Assembly: GCA_976226885.1 (NCBI GenBank)
Contig: OZ320313.1
Span: 21,824,001 to 21,888,000, forward strand
Source of the DNA: Iphione sp. A-MEVVRFRX5
Lineage: Eukaryota
DNA length: 64,000 nucleotides
Direction of reading: 5' to 3'
Shown here: piece by piece, positions 51,412 to 64,000 of the stretch
Layout: every line of letters begins with the position of its first letter
Numbering within the stretch: the first letter of the stretch is position 1
The notes under the pieces: model-generated
Told to the model about the DNA's origin: nothing
What the model saw: the letters and a program-made list of their open reading frames with translations, nothing else
Databases searched by the model: none
Program-made: the position numbers and the translations under genes

Positions 51412-54400
51412 CTTCTAAGATCTGTAGAATTGCGCGGATAATACGGGTACCCTCTCTTATGTGGGACCACCGTTTTCCTCACCTGCACAGTCTGCTCTTT
51501 ACCTCAGCGAGCGAGCGTAAGATAAGTATAATTATCTTACCAGGATGGGGAAATCGTCAAATGAGGGCGGGTAGTCAAACCCCGTGACGACAATTCCACT
51601 GCTCTTAGGATATATATTTTTGGAACTACTCATATATCGACTCGCACGAGCGGAACAAGAGTAACTCATCTACAATGCTTGAGAATGTCTGTCCTGGTTA
51701 CGTGGCAGCTGTCAGCTTGCAGAGAGCACCTTGACAGCATGGCCTTGGACAGGTAAGTTCATCTAATGGGAGAAAAGGTGGCAGGCACAAACGGACGAAC
51801 CGCACACATTGATAAACAGTTCTGGTCATGAAGGTTTAATACGTGCCTATTGTAGCGCCGAATAACTCTAGCGCTCTGGCAAAAGGACTCACTTAACAGG
51901 AACGATATAACATGCGAGTCGTCAATTCTAACGTATCATTGTTCTATCTTCTACGTACGTGCATTTGAGTTATGATCCTATTTCGCATTCCCTCTTAAAT
52001 TCACAGCTTCGGTATTTAAATCGACAAGTCGGTACCTGTGTGTGGAGATAACAGACCAGTGTTATACTGTGCTTGAAATAAGACATCTTTTTTTATTTGT
52101 ATCTGTCGACCTCCGTGTTAGAGGTGAAGCATCTGGCATCTCCAGGTCATCTCTAATGTCTGGTCTACACCAATGCATGATATATATATACGCTTGGCCG
52201 TGTCACTGGCAGGCTGCCACTCCTTAGCAAATGAACCTGCTTGATGTTCGAATAAGGCGGTATAAGAATGGCTTTTGTTCTCCTTACAGGCTGCTTGTAA
52301 CAAAAGTCATACTTGTCTATAAACATTAATTCTCCTCATAGTGGTTCAAGCACGAGCAAGGTGGGTGGAACTGGAAGCGTAGGTCCTTGGATCAGGCCGC
52401 GCTGGTGCCGATGGCGGCAGAACTATTGCCACAATGTAATTATCGCCGTAGCCGCGAGTCCCATGCGACCTTAAAGACGACGACGGCGGCGACGACGACG
52501 AAGACGACGACGACGCCGACTACTGCGGCCGTCAATACCGGCCGATCAGGAAGAGGAGGAGGAGGAGGGGGAGGAGGAGCAGGAGGACTACCAGGAGGCC
52601 GCTGACATCTGCACGGCCTGCCACCCGCTCCCAGCACGGCAAAGGGTGACAATGGGTATAGCGCCGGTGTTAGTTCGCTCTTCGTACACACTCTCCGGTT
52701 TGAAGACGCTCTGCTATTTCCTGTGGCCCGCAGCCGAGCCAGGATAGAAGGGGGAGGGGGTAAGTTAAAAAAATATCATCCAGCTTCCTCCTTACTGATC
52801 ATCGCCAGTGGAAAGGAGATGAAGGGCGCGTGCCTGAGTGAGTTAACAGTTACGCGTGATTTGAATTGAAATGACGCTTTTTTTCCTGAAGACGGGGAAA
52901 GGCAAAGACTTTCCCGGCGAGTGGTTACGGAACGCGTGAGGACATCCACATAGAGAACAATCAACCGCTGTCAATCATCACGGGGCCCAAAGTGTCACAG
53001 GTGAATTAGTCGTCGAAAAGAATACTCTTTTCACCCTTCCTTCACGGCTCCTCCGCTGGCAGCTCGATGAGCTTCCGTGTCGAGCGAACAAATGTGAGAG
53101 AAAAAAAAGGCGAGCCATACTTTTCCTAAGCCCGTCTTGCCTTTCGTCTCGCACGGCGCACCGAAAGGCTATGCGCATAAACACACAGAGAAGTCGATTG
53201 CAATTAAACGCCGGGCAATTACTGAAGGCAATCCGGTTCGATCGATCGGCTCCAGAAGTCGATGGCGGTGTGCCATGTGAGACCAAAGCTTCCAGTGTGT
53301 GTGTGTCCGGCTAGATGCGGGAATGGCCTTGAACCGCACTGAGAGGTGTGTAGAACAGGTCCTGCCGTGTTGCTGCTGTTGTTAAGACTGTTGCAGACAG
53401 GTGGGTCTTTTTGTTTAGGTGTGTGCGACCTGGAGTACCTACAAGCCGCCACCATGGGAGATGTTCTTTACATAATGCCGGTGTGAAGAGAACAGGCTCC
53501 AATTAGAAACAACTGGAGAACACGTTAAGAAGGCAATCGGAAATCGTGAATCGATTTAGGAGCGGCCTCTTTAATATTTCGGAGGCAGCAGAGTGTGAGT
53601 GTAGCGAGTCTATGGGAACGGTAATCTGAAATCTATATTTTATTTCCGATGTCAACAAATCCAATACTACACGTACATGTGTATACGAAAATTAAAGAGG
53701 CAGTGAAGCATGTTACAAGGCATGTAATACGAACAGCGATTCTCTTCATAGACGATAATAACCTTTTATCTCTACCACTCCTCCTACGGTAGCAATTTTT
53801 CGCGGGTCACTTATGCAGATAAGCAGATGCTTTTGAAGCAGCAGTAGCAGGTGTTTATTTGCTTTTAGGTTTTGCTTTTTTCACTCTACAGCAGTCCCCG
53901 GGACCACCATCAGTTTCATTCTGTGCTGGGCTGCAATGGCGCAGGTACAAGTGTTCCACATTGACCTCACTTGCTTGGGTAAACTCGTCTGCATCTACTA
54001 ACTTGCAATGTACACGTCCTTGTACGTTTGTTGCTCTAATATTTATGCCTATCACATATGTATATGTGGCATGATGAAATAGCCTTGCTGTTGTCACGGG
54101 ATCCCTGTATTGATCACATGCAACTAGGATTTCGCCACCTATGCCTCAGCCGAGGGAATTTCCAGTCCAGTGAAGTCGCTTTACGCAGGAAGAGAAGGGA
54201 GCTCCTTTTCATCGATGTGCATACATGCAGAGAAAAAGACAAAGACACCAACAGACACAGAGGGAGAGAAGGGACCTGTGCGACACAGGACAAAACTGGG
54301 TACCTACAAAGGTAGTAGAAAAGTACATCTGGTAGTAAAGTACCTTGTGCCAAACCACACCAGAAATGGTAACCACCGGATCTGATATTCCGCCTTTCAG

Positions 54401-55392
54401 CTAACGTGTGGGGAGATTGGTGTTCATGGATTCAAATCGGAGTGGCTTAGTGTATTATTAGGCAACTCACAGCGGTAAGGTAAACTCCACACCCTTCTAT
54501 TTACTGCAGGCAAATCCAACCTCGCCAACAAATACGCCCACCGCACCTCCTCTTCTCACTACATTCCTGCCTCTCCACCCCACACCACTGGCATCCCTTG
54601 GGAGACGGCAACAAACGTTATTATCGCTCAGGCACTGCGGGCACACAACGTCCGCAGCTCCGAGTCCACAGTGGTCGGGTTAATAGCCACGAGCTAGTAG
54701 TAACACAGCGAACACGCAGACAAGTCACACACCATCTTCCCCCACTAGCTCACCAAAACGTCGGGACCGTCGGCGTACCTTTACAGAAGGTGGCACGCTA
54801 AGGCCTGGCGGCCGGCACGTACGTCAAGCAGTGTATAACCTGAGCGATTGCTTTCTTTTCAGCTGCTCTGTTACAATTCGTGGAACTCGGCTGGACGGTT
54901 TAGACTCGAAGGTGGCGGTTCGGAGGGCCACGAGCTGATCCTATCTGCTGGCAAAGCTTCACTTCTCACAGACTACCATAAATTGCAGCTGTCGGCTATT
55001 AGGCATCGCTGGGAGCGACAAACGGCCTGGGACATGATGAGCACTTTACACTGTTAGATTTTTCGAGAGGAGCACTGTGTAGCCTTGTTGGAAACAGTAT
55101 CAACTGAATACTATGAGATATGCACACTTGGCTTGCTGGAGTAAAACCCGATGGAATACCCTGATATTTGAGCATGGATACGTAGATCTAGGATGTTCGC
55201 TGTGGAAAAATAACTGAATTTTTGTTGGAAACCGGAAATACAGAGGAATAACGTGGGCGGCAGAATTAACAATAGGAGGTGTTCTCGTCGCCGTAAGTCA
55301 CCTACATAAAACGCACCTCTGCTCGGAATTCAAGGCCGAAAAACACCTGGTGAGAGAAGATCCGGTCAAAGGAGAACCCAATACGCCGCTGA

Positions 55393-55599
55393 ATGCGCAC
55401 GATCTTGAAATATGGCCGCCTGGGTGTCCAGAACGAACGCCCGGTCTACCGGTACGTGCACGTGCGCACCCTAGTTGTGACATCACGAGAAGGCGGTGAC
55501 GTCATGCCGTATACGTGCATGCCGACGTCACGCTGCCCAGAAAGGCTCGGATGTCTGACGTTACGTCGGGCTACGCTGCTGGCGGCCGTTGTCTCAGTG
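55393..55599 (+). CDS. Possible first coding exon of a LAPTM/DUF4728-like membrane protein
   Basis: ATG at 55393 (second in-frame ATG at 55504) ...RCPERLGCLTLRRATLLAAVVSV|gtaagt: Cys-rich motif, then the start of a hydrophobic helix, ending at a consensus phase-0 donor. CpG-rich; TACATAAAA upstream at about 55304. No downstream exons found. Confidence 0.33.
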
Positions 55600-55606
55600 G
55601 TAAGTA

Positions 55607-55775
55607 CATTTCCCAAGAGATTTATCCTATTTATACATACATACTTACACACATGCATGTATAATGTAGAGGAATATAATGTAGCATTTTCCAAGAGGTT
55701 GATCCTATTTGTACATACATGCCTACATACATACACACATACTTACACACATGCATGGATAATGAAGTGAAATAT
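55607..55775. repeat. Tandem duplication (about 77 and 90 bp copies) with TACA/CA repeats
   Basis: cattt(c/t)ccaagag.tt.atcctattt.tacatacat...catacttacacacatgcatg.ataatg.....aatataatgtagca appears twice. Confidence 0.85.
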
Positions 55776-58189
55776 AATGTAGCAGAAAATGTAGTGAATT
55801 ACCAATTATGATTAAAAACGACCATGCATAAAAGTGTCCGAATCCGTATGAATTTAGGGATTGTTAAAAGAATATATGTGTTAAATCATATTATTACATT
55901 TATTGTTTCTATAAAAAGAAAAGAAATTAGATTGCTGGTTTGACAGTCTGTCCTCATCATGATCAAGACCATCTAACGAAAAGCTTATTGAAGTTCGTGC
56001 CTAAGCTAATCCGTCCCCAAAATTGTCCGTCCACTGTATGGCTATCTCTTAACGTTTATCAGTATTCTGTGTTTGATAAGTCATCTAATATATATATTCT
56101 ATATGGATTTTATATTGATGTAGATAACAAGGGATCTGCCTAGGTATCTCTATGACTGCAATGATGATATTATAAGGTGGATCTGCGAAGATGGCCGATT
56201 TACGACAGAATATTTTGTTCTTACTCAAACGAAAAATTCCATACGCACATATACATATCCTCAGAGATGGTATTGTTGAATCTTTTGATCTCCACCAACT
56301 TTATGGGCTGCATCACCTTTGGGTCTTATAAAGTACAAGTTTCGTGGCTGAAAATCCTAACGAATGGGCACTTTGTCTTAAAACAGACAACGTACACTCT
56401 TAAGATTTAAAGTATGTATCCTGAGCCTTCAACTAGTTCTCGCATATGATTTCACGTCCGAGAGGTGAGGATGTAATCGATATCAAAGCACGACAGGCAT
56501 GTTCTACGCTTACATTTCCTTCATCGTCAGTTCATTAAGAACTGCATTTTAGAAGTCTGTGTATCACGTTGGCGGATTGTAATTGCCCATTGCATTTGTC
56601 ATGGAAACCCTTTTACAAAATACCTCTACAGTGAGGACATTATGAATGTCATAGATATCATGGAAAGATAAATATAGACATAGAAGGGAAAGTAAGGCCT
56701 GTGACTATAATTGCTCTTGAAGTATGGACACCCCTTGGTCATCACTCTGCTTATACAAGGATTTAACATTGTAATACTGTGGCGAATACTTTGTGATACT
56801 TGATTAACACGTTTATGATACGATGGTTAACGCTGTGATACTACAGTTACGACATTATGATGCTATGATTATGGCTCTGAGAAGGAACGTTTATCACTGC
56901 GATACTATGGCTAACTACGATGATACTATGCTTAATACTGCAAAATAAATAATGAAATCATCCTCATAAAGTGATGATTACTTATTTCAAGGGTTCTTAT
57001 GATACACTATTGCAGTGGAACTAGAAGCACATTCATGTTGAAATAGCTGATGCGATCAGCTCCGTTTTTATGTAGGCGTTCAAACTGAAACCCTCGTCTC
57101 CATGGACATGAATATGTAAATCTTTAAGCATCTTACTTCCTTTGTTTTCCAAACACTTCACATCATTCTACACGATTGAGCACAAGTCAGGCTAAGGAAG
57201 TAATGATTGATTACAATGAAAAATAGTTGCCAATTTCCCAGAGTTGTTTGCAATGGGAAGTGACTACTTGCTTGTGATTTCCTCAGTCGATATTCTGTCT
57301 AGGAATAAGATATGCGTGTACATGTACATGTGCTTAACATGACAGATATCCAAGGACGAAGACTGTTATGATCATTTGGATTTCCACAGCATGGAAACAG
57401 TATCTAACTGTAAACAAAGGGGTCACAGAACGTATGTATATATATCGTGTCAAGTAGAACGGAGCTCGAAAGTCTTTTAAGTCAAGGAAACCGCACCAAT
57501 ACCACTTATAACAGCCACACAGACACAGTGGTCTTCTCTACGCACATACACACCGAACGTGCCCCATCGGTCCCTCCACAAACGTCGCACCGGCCTGCAT
57601 TACAAAGGCAAGCCTTTCAATGTTTCATGACTGACATTAATTTAGCCAACTATGGAGGCCACCGGTCGGCCGTCGCCTTTGCAAACTTGCAGGCACGCCC
57701 TTGCAACTTGGCAAATGGACTCAATGAAGGCAAGAGAAAATGGCAACAATACTATTAATAAGACAACCGTTGGCTTAATTTTTCAAAGGCGGTTTAAAAC
57801 TGTCAAGAAGATGTGAATCCGCCTGCATTCTTCGGACTTTTGCATTGATTGGAATGTGGCAATTCAATTTCGTGACGTGATTAAGCTATTGATAAACATT
57901 TCGCATACTCCTACAAACTTACAGAAATGGCAAATATAAAATTCAAAACATCATTTTTAAATGGTCCTAAACGAGGCTAAAGTTGAAAATCGAGCATACA
58001 GGAATTCGAAGCATGTTTATTTGATAAGCCGAAACGTTCTCATTTGTCAATATTATCGACTGCTGTAAACAATTTTCCATGATATACAGTCTAAATCAAA
58101 GTTCAATTGGTTATGTTATTGTTATTTTCTTGGCAGACAAGCCGTCCCTAACTCCCAGACTCTTTTTAAGCGAGTAGAAGCTGATCATT

Positions 58190-58560
58190 GACACATGTGC
58201 GCATGGGCAGGACGATACGATCGGACTTCCGGTCCGACGTGGCGCAGTCACAGACGCATGATCGATGACCGCCATGCAGGGTGCAATCGGCGCGGCGATC
58301 TGCCGAAGCGTCTTAATAACGCGATTTTATCGACAGATGTCGTTCCGCCGGCCGACTGCTTGGCCAACTGCCCATCATTGTAGCTCCATTGGCGGCTTCT
58401 TTGTGACGGGACGCCACAGACGTCAGTCTGTGGCGCGGGGCAACAGCTCATCATCATTGACCAAGTCGGCATATAATAACCTCGAACCTCTGTGGCCCCC
58501 AGCTAACACCACGGCCACAACGCTGCCGCAGACAACAAAGCCAAGAAATATTTGTCGTGA
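58190..58560. promoter_or_regulatory. Small CpG-rich island with an ETS-type site and perfect hairpins
   Basis: ACTTCCGG inside cggac/gtccg arms (58222-58236); 10-bp perfect inverted repeat cgccacagac-gtca-gtctgtggcg (58412-58435). Confidence 0.3.
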
Positions 58561-61500
58561 GAGATTCAATGGAAATTTGTTTTTGTCTTGGGGCGGTCGC
58601 GCTGTGAGAGTTCAAATTCAACATCTCCATGCGGAATTTGTATTTTTGTTTTTGTTTACTTAGCTGGCGCTACTGCACATAGGAAAAATGTTTCCCTGTC
58701 CCTGATATTTTTCGAGACTACATTAATTTTACACACGCCCTTCTTTGAGACAAGGGACGATCTCAGAAGTGTCTCCGCCAGCTCTCTGATAATCGAATCC
58801 ATAAAACGTGTTACCGGCTGACTAGAAGTAATTTAGCTAGATTGTGTATAGAGCGATACATGGAATTTTAGTCCTATGAAGGACCTAGCACAAGTAATGC
58901 TTGTGCAGGCACGTCTGTGCAAAGTTTAGGCAATACAGTATACAGCCTGTATAAAGCCTTAAAGGTTCGCTCAAAAGGGCAAATGTTCCTAGTATATATC
59001 ACTGATAATCTGAGGCCATGAACTCTTAGTCAACAGTGACTAACTTTCTCAGGTCAAAATGACAGTGCCAAAAGTGACCTAAGGCAAGTTAATTACCTTA
59101 GTCATATTTGACCAAGAGTATTAGTCACTTAATTTCCAGAAATATATACTTTGTGTTAGTCAAAGTGACTAAGCTTATATGTTCAAATTAACTAATATGT
59201 TAGTTAGAATTTCCATTTCTGGGAATTTTTTTACTAATCTCTCAGTCAATTCTACTAACTTAACAGAGTCTACACAAACTAATGCCTTAAATTTAAAATC
59301 ACATTGGATGAAAAAATAGTTGAGATCATGTCCAGCAAAGTAGATATAATTTCTCATATAAGCACAAGTAATTGACAGATTTGAATGCAATATACCTTTT
59401 GAGAAACCTCAAAGCCTACCTGATAAGCCTGTCCTAGTTGCATGTCAGTTCAATGAAGACATATAGAAGAAATATAGGAAAATATCCTGATTGTGATTTG
59501 TCATCTTCCAGATATGGTGGAACAGGAACTGGTTTTATTGATCTCCTGATTAGAGAGTTCCACATGCAGATTAGTCATAAGCAACTAACAGTGCTGGTCA
59601 TCATGTCTATCTTCATGAAGTCTAACTCAAGATAGTCACGGGTGACTAAGTTTCATTGGGTTCAGATTTTATTGTCTACAGGCACCTGTCTAATCTATAT
59701 CTCATGCATATCCTGATATATGACCCCTGTAGCCAGGCATTGAGGATAGTTTGACTTCAGACTGTAAGGTCTGATTTCCGTGTGTACTCATTTTAAATCA
59801 GAACCCTGTATATACTCTTTTCATCCGTCTGGGTACACAATCCGGAGTCATCGTCAGGAAAGGAGCAATGTCCATACATTTTCCCATATTCTAGAGTCTG
59901 GATGGAAAAATGGATGAGCAGGATAGGGACATGGGAATTTACTTCAGAATGGACACTGTCTAACATATTTTAGATCATGTAAAATACCTAATCAGCTTAA
60001 CATTTGCATAAAAACACAGATTACACAGACGTGGCAGGAATTTTTAAAGATCTGCACAAGAACACACAGTTTACACAGATTTGGCATCATCAACATTTAA
60101 TAATTATTGAAAAACAACTCTCTAGGTTCAGACGGCCGCAGTCACCATAGAAAGCGTCCATGAGGCCATATTTGTAGGTACAGAGGTTTCCGTGGGTTTC
60201 TGTGTTTCCTTGTTAGGCTGTGTGGCTGATTATGGGGAAACATGAACCTGTGCATTTGTGATGTTTTCTTCTGTCTCTGTGTGTCTTTCTGTATACATGT
60301 ATATGTATGTATAGGAAAAAGGACAGATTTTGGCTAATTTGTGCCATTTATGAATAAATTTGGCAAAAATATTAAAAACGGATCCATGCTCCATGAAAAA
60401 TGGAATATGATATCTACCATTCCTTCTACGGATCCACAGGTAGAACTAGATGTGCCTGGACACATGAGGGCAATCCTGTTTATAATGGAACCCCCAAACT
60501 ACGGACAACACACGTGCCTCTGTACACACTCCCCAAAACACGATCCTGTGGAAATACGGCTTAAACTATCTCGGCAGAAAACATAGAGGTGGAGGTGAAG
60601 ACTTCTTTTTGCAAGCATACAAAAAAAACCCACTAAAATTCACATTGATGTGTTCACTGTGCAATGGGATCTAACTAGATTCTATTCAAGAAGATTAAAT
60701 ATAGCACCGCATGCACAAATGCATAAGAGTGTCGGCTTTATGTTCACTTTACCCCACCGAAGCTAATTGGTAGTCATTTTCAGACCAATAACCTATGAGC
60801 GGAAACCAGATGTTTCCCAATATGACATATTGCGGTAGGACACGCAACGTGACACGATCGCAGCTGATGCAAATCTGAGTGCTAATGTTCCGTAAAAATC
60901 CATCGTTTATGGCAGACTGACAGACTGCAGAGACCCCTGGCGGGGTCGTCGTGGCGAGGACTCCCCCCTCCTGCCCCCCCCCCCCTTAATGTTACGCTGA
61001 CGCTAGCGGCAGTAGCACAGTGGATTATCACTGAATTGCCTGCATGCAATAGCCCGGGCGATGTGTGGAGTAATAAATCTAATGCTGCCAACCTAGTACC
61101 ATGAATTTGAATAGTTATAACAGATATTCGTCTACACATGTCACAGAGGGTTCATTTTGTCTGCCCGAAGAATAGTCCAGCCTGCATGGACATAATCATA
61201 AGCAAGCCATATACAATGTGCCGAAATATCCACAGGAATAATAACGTGAATAGCCACGCCTACACATAGAATAATGTGCACGACTGAATTAATCGAATAT
61301 TCGTTTTGGTCCTCCCAGTCACGTTTCCGCAGGTCAAAAGGGGATAAATATGAAAAGTTTTACGTCAGTAGTTGGTATAACTCCTGCCTGTCATTCTCTC
61401 ATGTACTTTGACTGTTGGGTGTCGGTGTATGCATCCGCCTGTCTCTCTGCCAATGGTAGCTCTCCTCGTGAAAGCCTAGGCCGACGCCACCTGTGAATGA

Positions 61501-61686
61501 TGCACGTGACTTGGACGGCTAATAGTACGTCTTATTGGAACTGGACGCCAGTAGCGACGTGAAACATGCATCAGGTCCGCCGTGCCATGTGCGTGAAGTC
61601 TACCAGCTGATCTGTTCAGGTGGCTTTTTGTGTTTAGCTGCTGGTGCTACCTTTGTATGGCTGTAAGGCAGAGGCACATGCAATTA

Positions 61687-62004
61687 GGCATAAAAAAAGT
61701 TATGTGTTTCCGGAAGCACACTGAAAAAATAGAGGTTCGTGCGGTAGGTGGTATTTTAATTTTTTTTTTTTTTTGGGGGGGGGGTACTGCAAGTAAAAAG
61801 TGTATATGGCAATATTACTTCTACAGCTTATATTCTAATGACACCTGTATCATATGAAAGCCAACGTCACAATGAAGAATCGATGTGTTCTGCAAATTTC
61901 TATCATTAATCAATCTGGAGCTATTTACAAAAACAAAAGTTACAATTGACTCTAATATAGGGTCGGTCAGGTTACCGGAAACACAGATCCGTTTTTACTG
62001 GGCC
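61687..62004. mobile_element. PIF/Harbinger-type MITE (older copy, TSD not preserved)
   Basis: ggcataaaaaaagttatgtgtttccggaagc ... tagggtcggtcaggttaccggaaacacagatccgtttttactgggcc; reverse orientation relative to the 46289 copy. Confidence 0.75.
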
Positions 62005-64000
62005 ACATAAAGGTACACCGAAACAAGCATGAATTCAGCAAAGTAGAACGGCAATATGTTCCTGTGTTACCTGCTTTGTAACGTATAACAGACTGAGTCC
62101 CGATGTAAAGTGTAACAGGACGTGAACCAAATTTAGATTAGTGGCCGGACCTGACAAGAAAAAAGGTTCACGCAGGGATATTTTCTTTCCATGTAGGCCT
62201 ACTTTTTTTCTTGGACGTTTCTCTATTATTTTACATTAGTACAGGAGGTCGATGACAGTGATATTTTACTAGGATACCTACGTTTTGTTATTTGAACTGC
62301 ATGTATTTCATATTTCATTATAGTCGCTCCATAATGTTTAAATCGGTTGAATAACAAATGGTGATTAGATAATTAATACGTTTAGGCGGGTATTGTTACT
62401 CAACATTTCATTCTGTGGGGTGAAGTCAATATCGTGCATCGATTTTCAGAACTGAAATCACATTATCTCCGATGTCACATGATACATGAAAATAGCAGCC
62501 CCTTTCCTCTCAAATTAAGCCAGCTATCATGTCTTTCACACAGACGAGATAAATTCTAAAACTCAACATGCAAATCTTGGGCGTGTGCTTTGTCTTTAAC
62601 ACGAGACAGATAATAGTAGTTTTGAATTCTACAGTATGGGTAACTAGCATACACATATACGTACATGTATATACTAATACACAGCATTACGTATATGTGG
62701 TCGTTGAGTACAATACAAAAAAAATTACCGTGCTCGTTAGAGATGAATATCATGGTGTCATAGCCTTTCCATAAAATTTACCCCCACCGTTTCATACAGA
62801 GGGAAGTCTCCTCCTCTTAGTATTACCTCTCATTTCTCTTCATCACAGTATACTCTAATCTTTCAAAATGAATCATCTTTGAAAATGATGAACAGTAATC
62901 TATCAAAGTGAATCAGCAAGTGAATGGGACGTAAGAATTTGAATGCCTAATCCTATGAGCCATCTCCATGTGACACTAAAAAGAAGCTGTTGCTTCGATC
63001 TGACAAAAAGATACCGATCACTTGTTGCGGTCTTTTTCCCACCAGGGGGATCTGTCCGGTCTTGCCCAGCGCACCCACCACCCCCACCCCACCCCACCTC
63101 GCCCCACAGCCACCTGCCCACGAACACCATCTTCACTACCGATCTACGCCGATTCGGGTCACGTCCCGGTCGAATCCCGATCTGATCCGGGTCAAATCTA
63201 GATTGAATCCGGTTCGCGTGCAGCAAGCATCGGAGTCCGGGCCAGATCAAAGTAACGCTTCAACGCTGGTGCTTAGCGTTTCGGGGTGCAGTGCAGCTGG
63301 CTTGTCAGGAACCAGCTGGTAGTGATGAATAGTAGGAGGGTTGGGGGATGGCGGTTAGTAGGGTGCCTGTTGGTGCTAGCTGGTAATATTTGTGGCATTT
63401 TGTGGTAATGGTAGTAGGAGCGATGCTAATAATACACCAATATTTTACCATTTATTGCAGCCCACTTTGAATTATGGTTTAGGCAGTAAAATGGCAATAT
63501 TTGGAATTGCACATATTATTTGTAGTCACAACAGTGCTACTGTTAAAAACTGTGCCGCAATAGGTGCGACTGGACTTTATTTCGGTCGTAATAATGCGAA
63601 TGCGTTTGAAATGATGGTGTCAGCAGCAGGGTCGTGCTTGAGCTAGCTGCTGATATCATCGCTGTTAGAGAAACTAGTCATCGTTTATGAATTGTGATGA
63701 AATGTGACACTCTGCATCTTGCGGGAAGAAGAATTTTGAAATCTGGCCTTGAAAGGAAATAGGCTGCATGCTGCGGACTGCATTGTGCTTCTAGTGGCGA
63801 CAATATTACTATACACGAATTAGGAGAAGAAGGTCCATATTTGGTTTCGCTCTTGAAGGTCCTATTGGTACAGGTGGTTGAGTTCTCAGTAGTTGACGAT
63901 GGTAAAGTCATGTAGTGTTCATCCCTATTACATCGATACCCGCAGGATAAGGTGCATAAATACGTTCGCAAACACTACTACACAGAAAGTAGCATTTAAT

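Overview
AT-rich, repeat-dense eukaryotic (most likely invertebrate animal) genomic DNA; the organism cannot be identified from the sequence alone. One complete host gene was reconstructed by hand: a 9-exon, 367-aa betaine-homocysteine S-methyltransferase-family gene (+, 31331-43102) with all GT-AG introns in consistent phase and all three Zn-ligand cysteines, but lacking the C-terminal helix of vertebrate BHMT. A near-intact 4.8-kb cut-and-paste DNA transposon (2401-7190) has 28-bp TIRs, a CATA target-site duplication, a repeated 12-mer and a 793-codon transposase frame broken only by two nonsense codons (probably Sola2-like). A probable Penelope-like remnant carries a minimal hammerhead-ribozyme motif (9181-9220). 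Also present: two DIRS-like RT fragments, two CR1/L2-type LINE fragments, a very decayed Gypsy pol remnant, five Harbinger-type MITEs, two hAT-like MITEs with 5-bp TSDs and several minisatellites. Weaker calls are GPCR-like exons running off the window start, a LAPTM/DUF4728-like first exon, and an unexplained GC/CpG-rich, triplet-repeat-rich island at about 50.3-54.9 kb. Most short ORFs in the supplied track look spurious.
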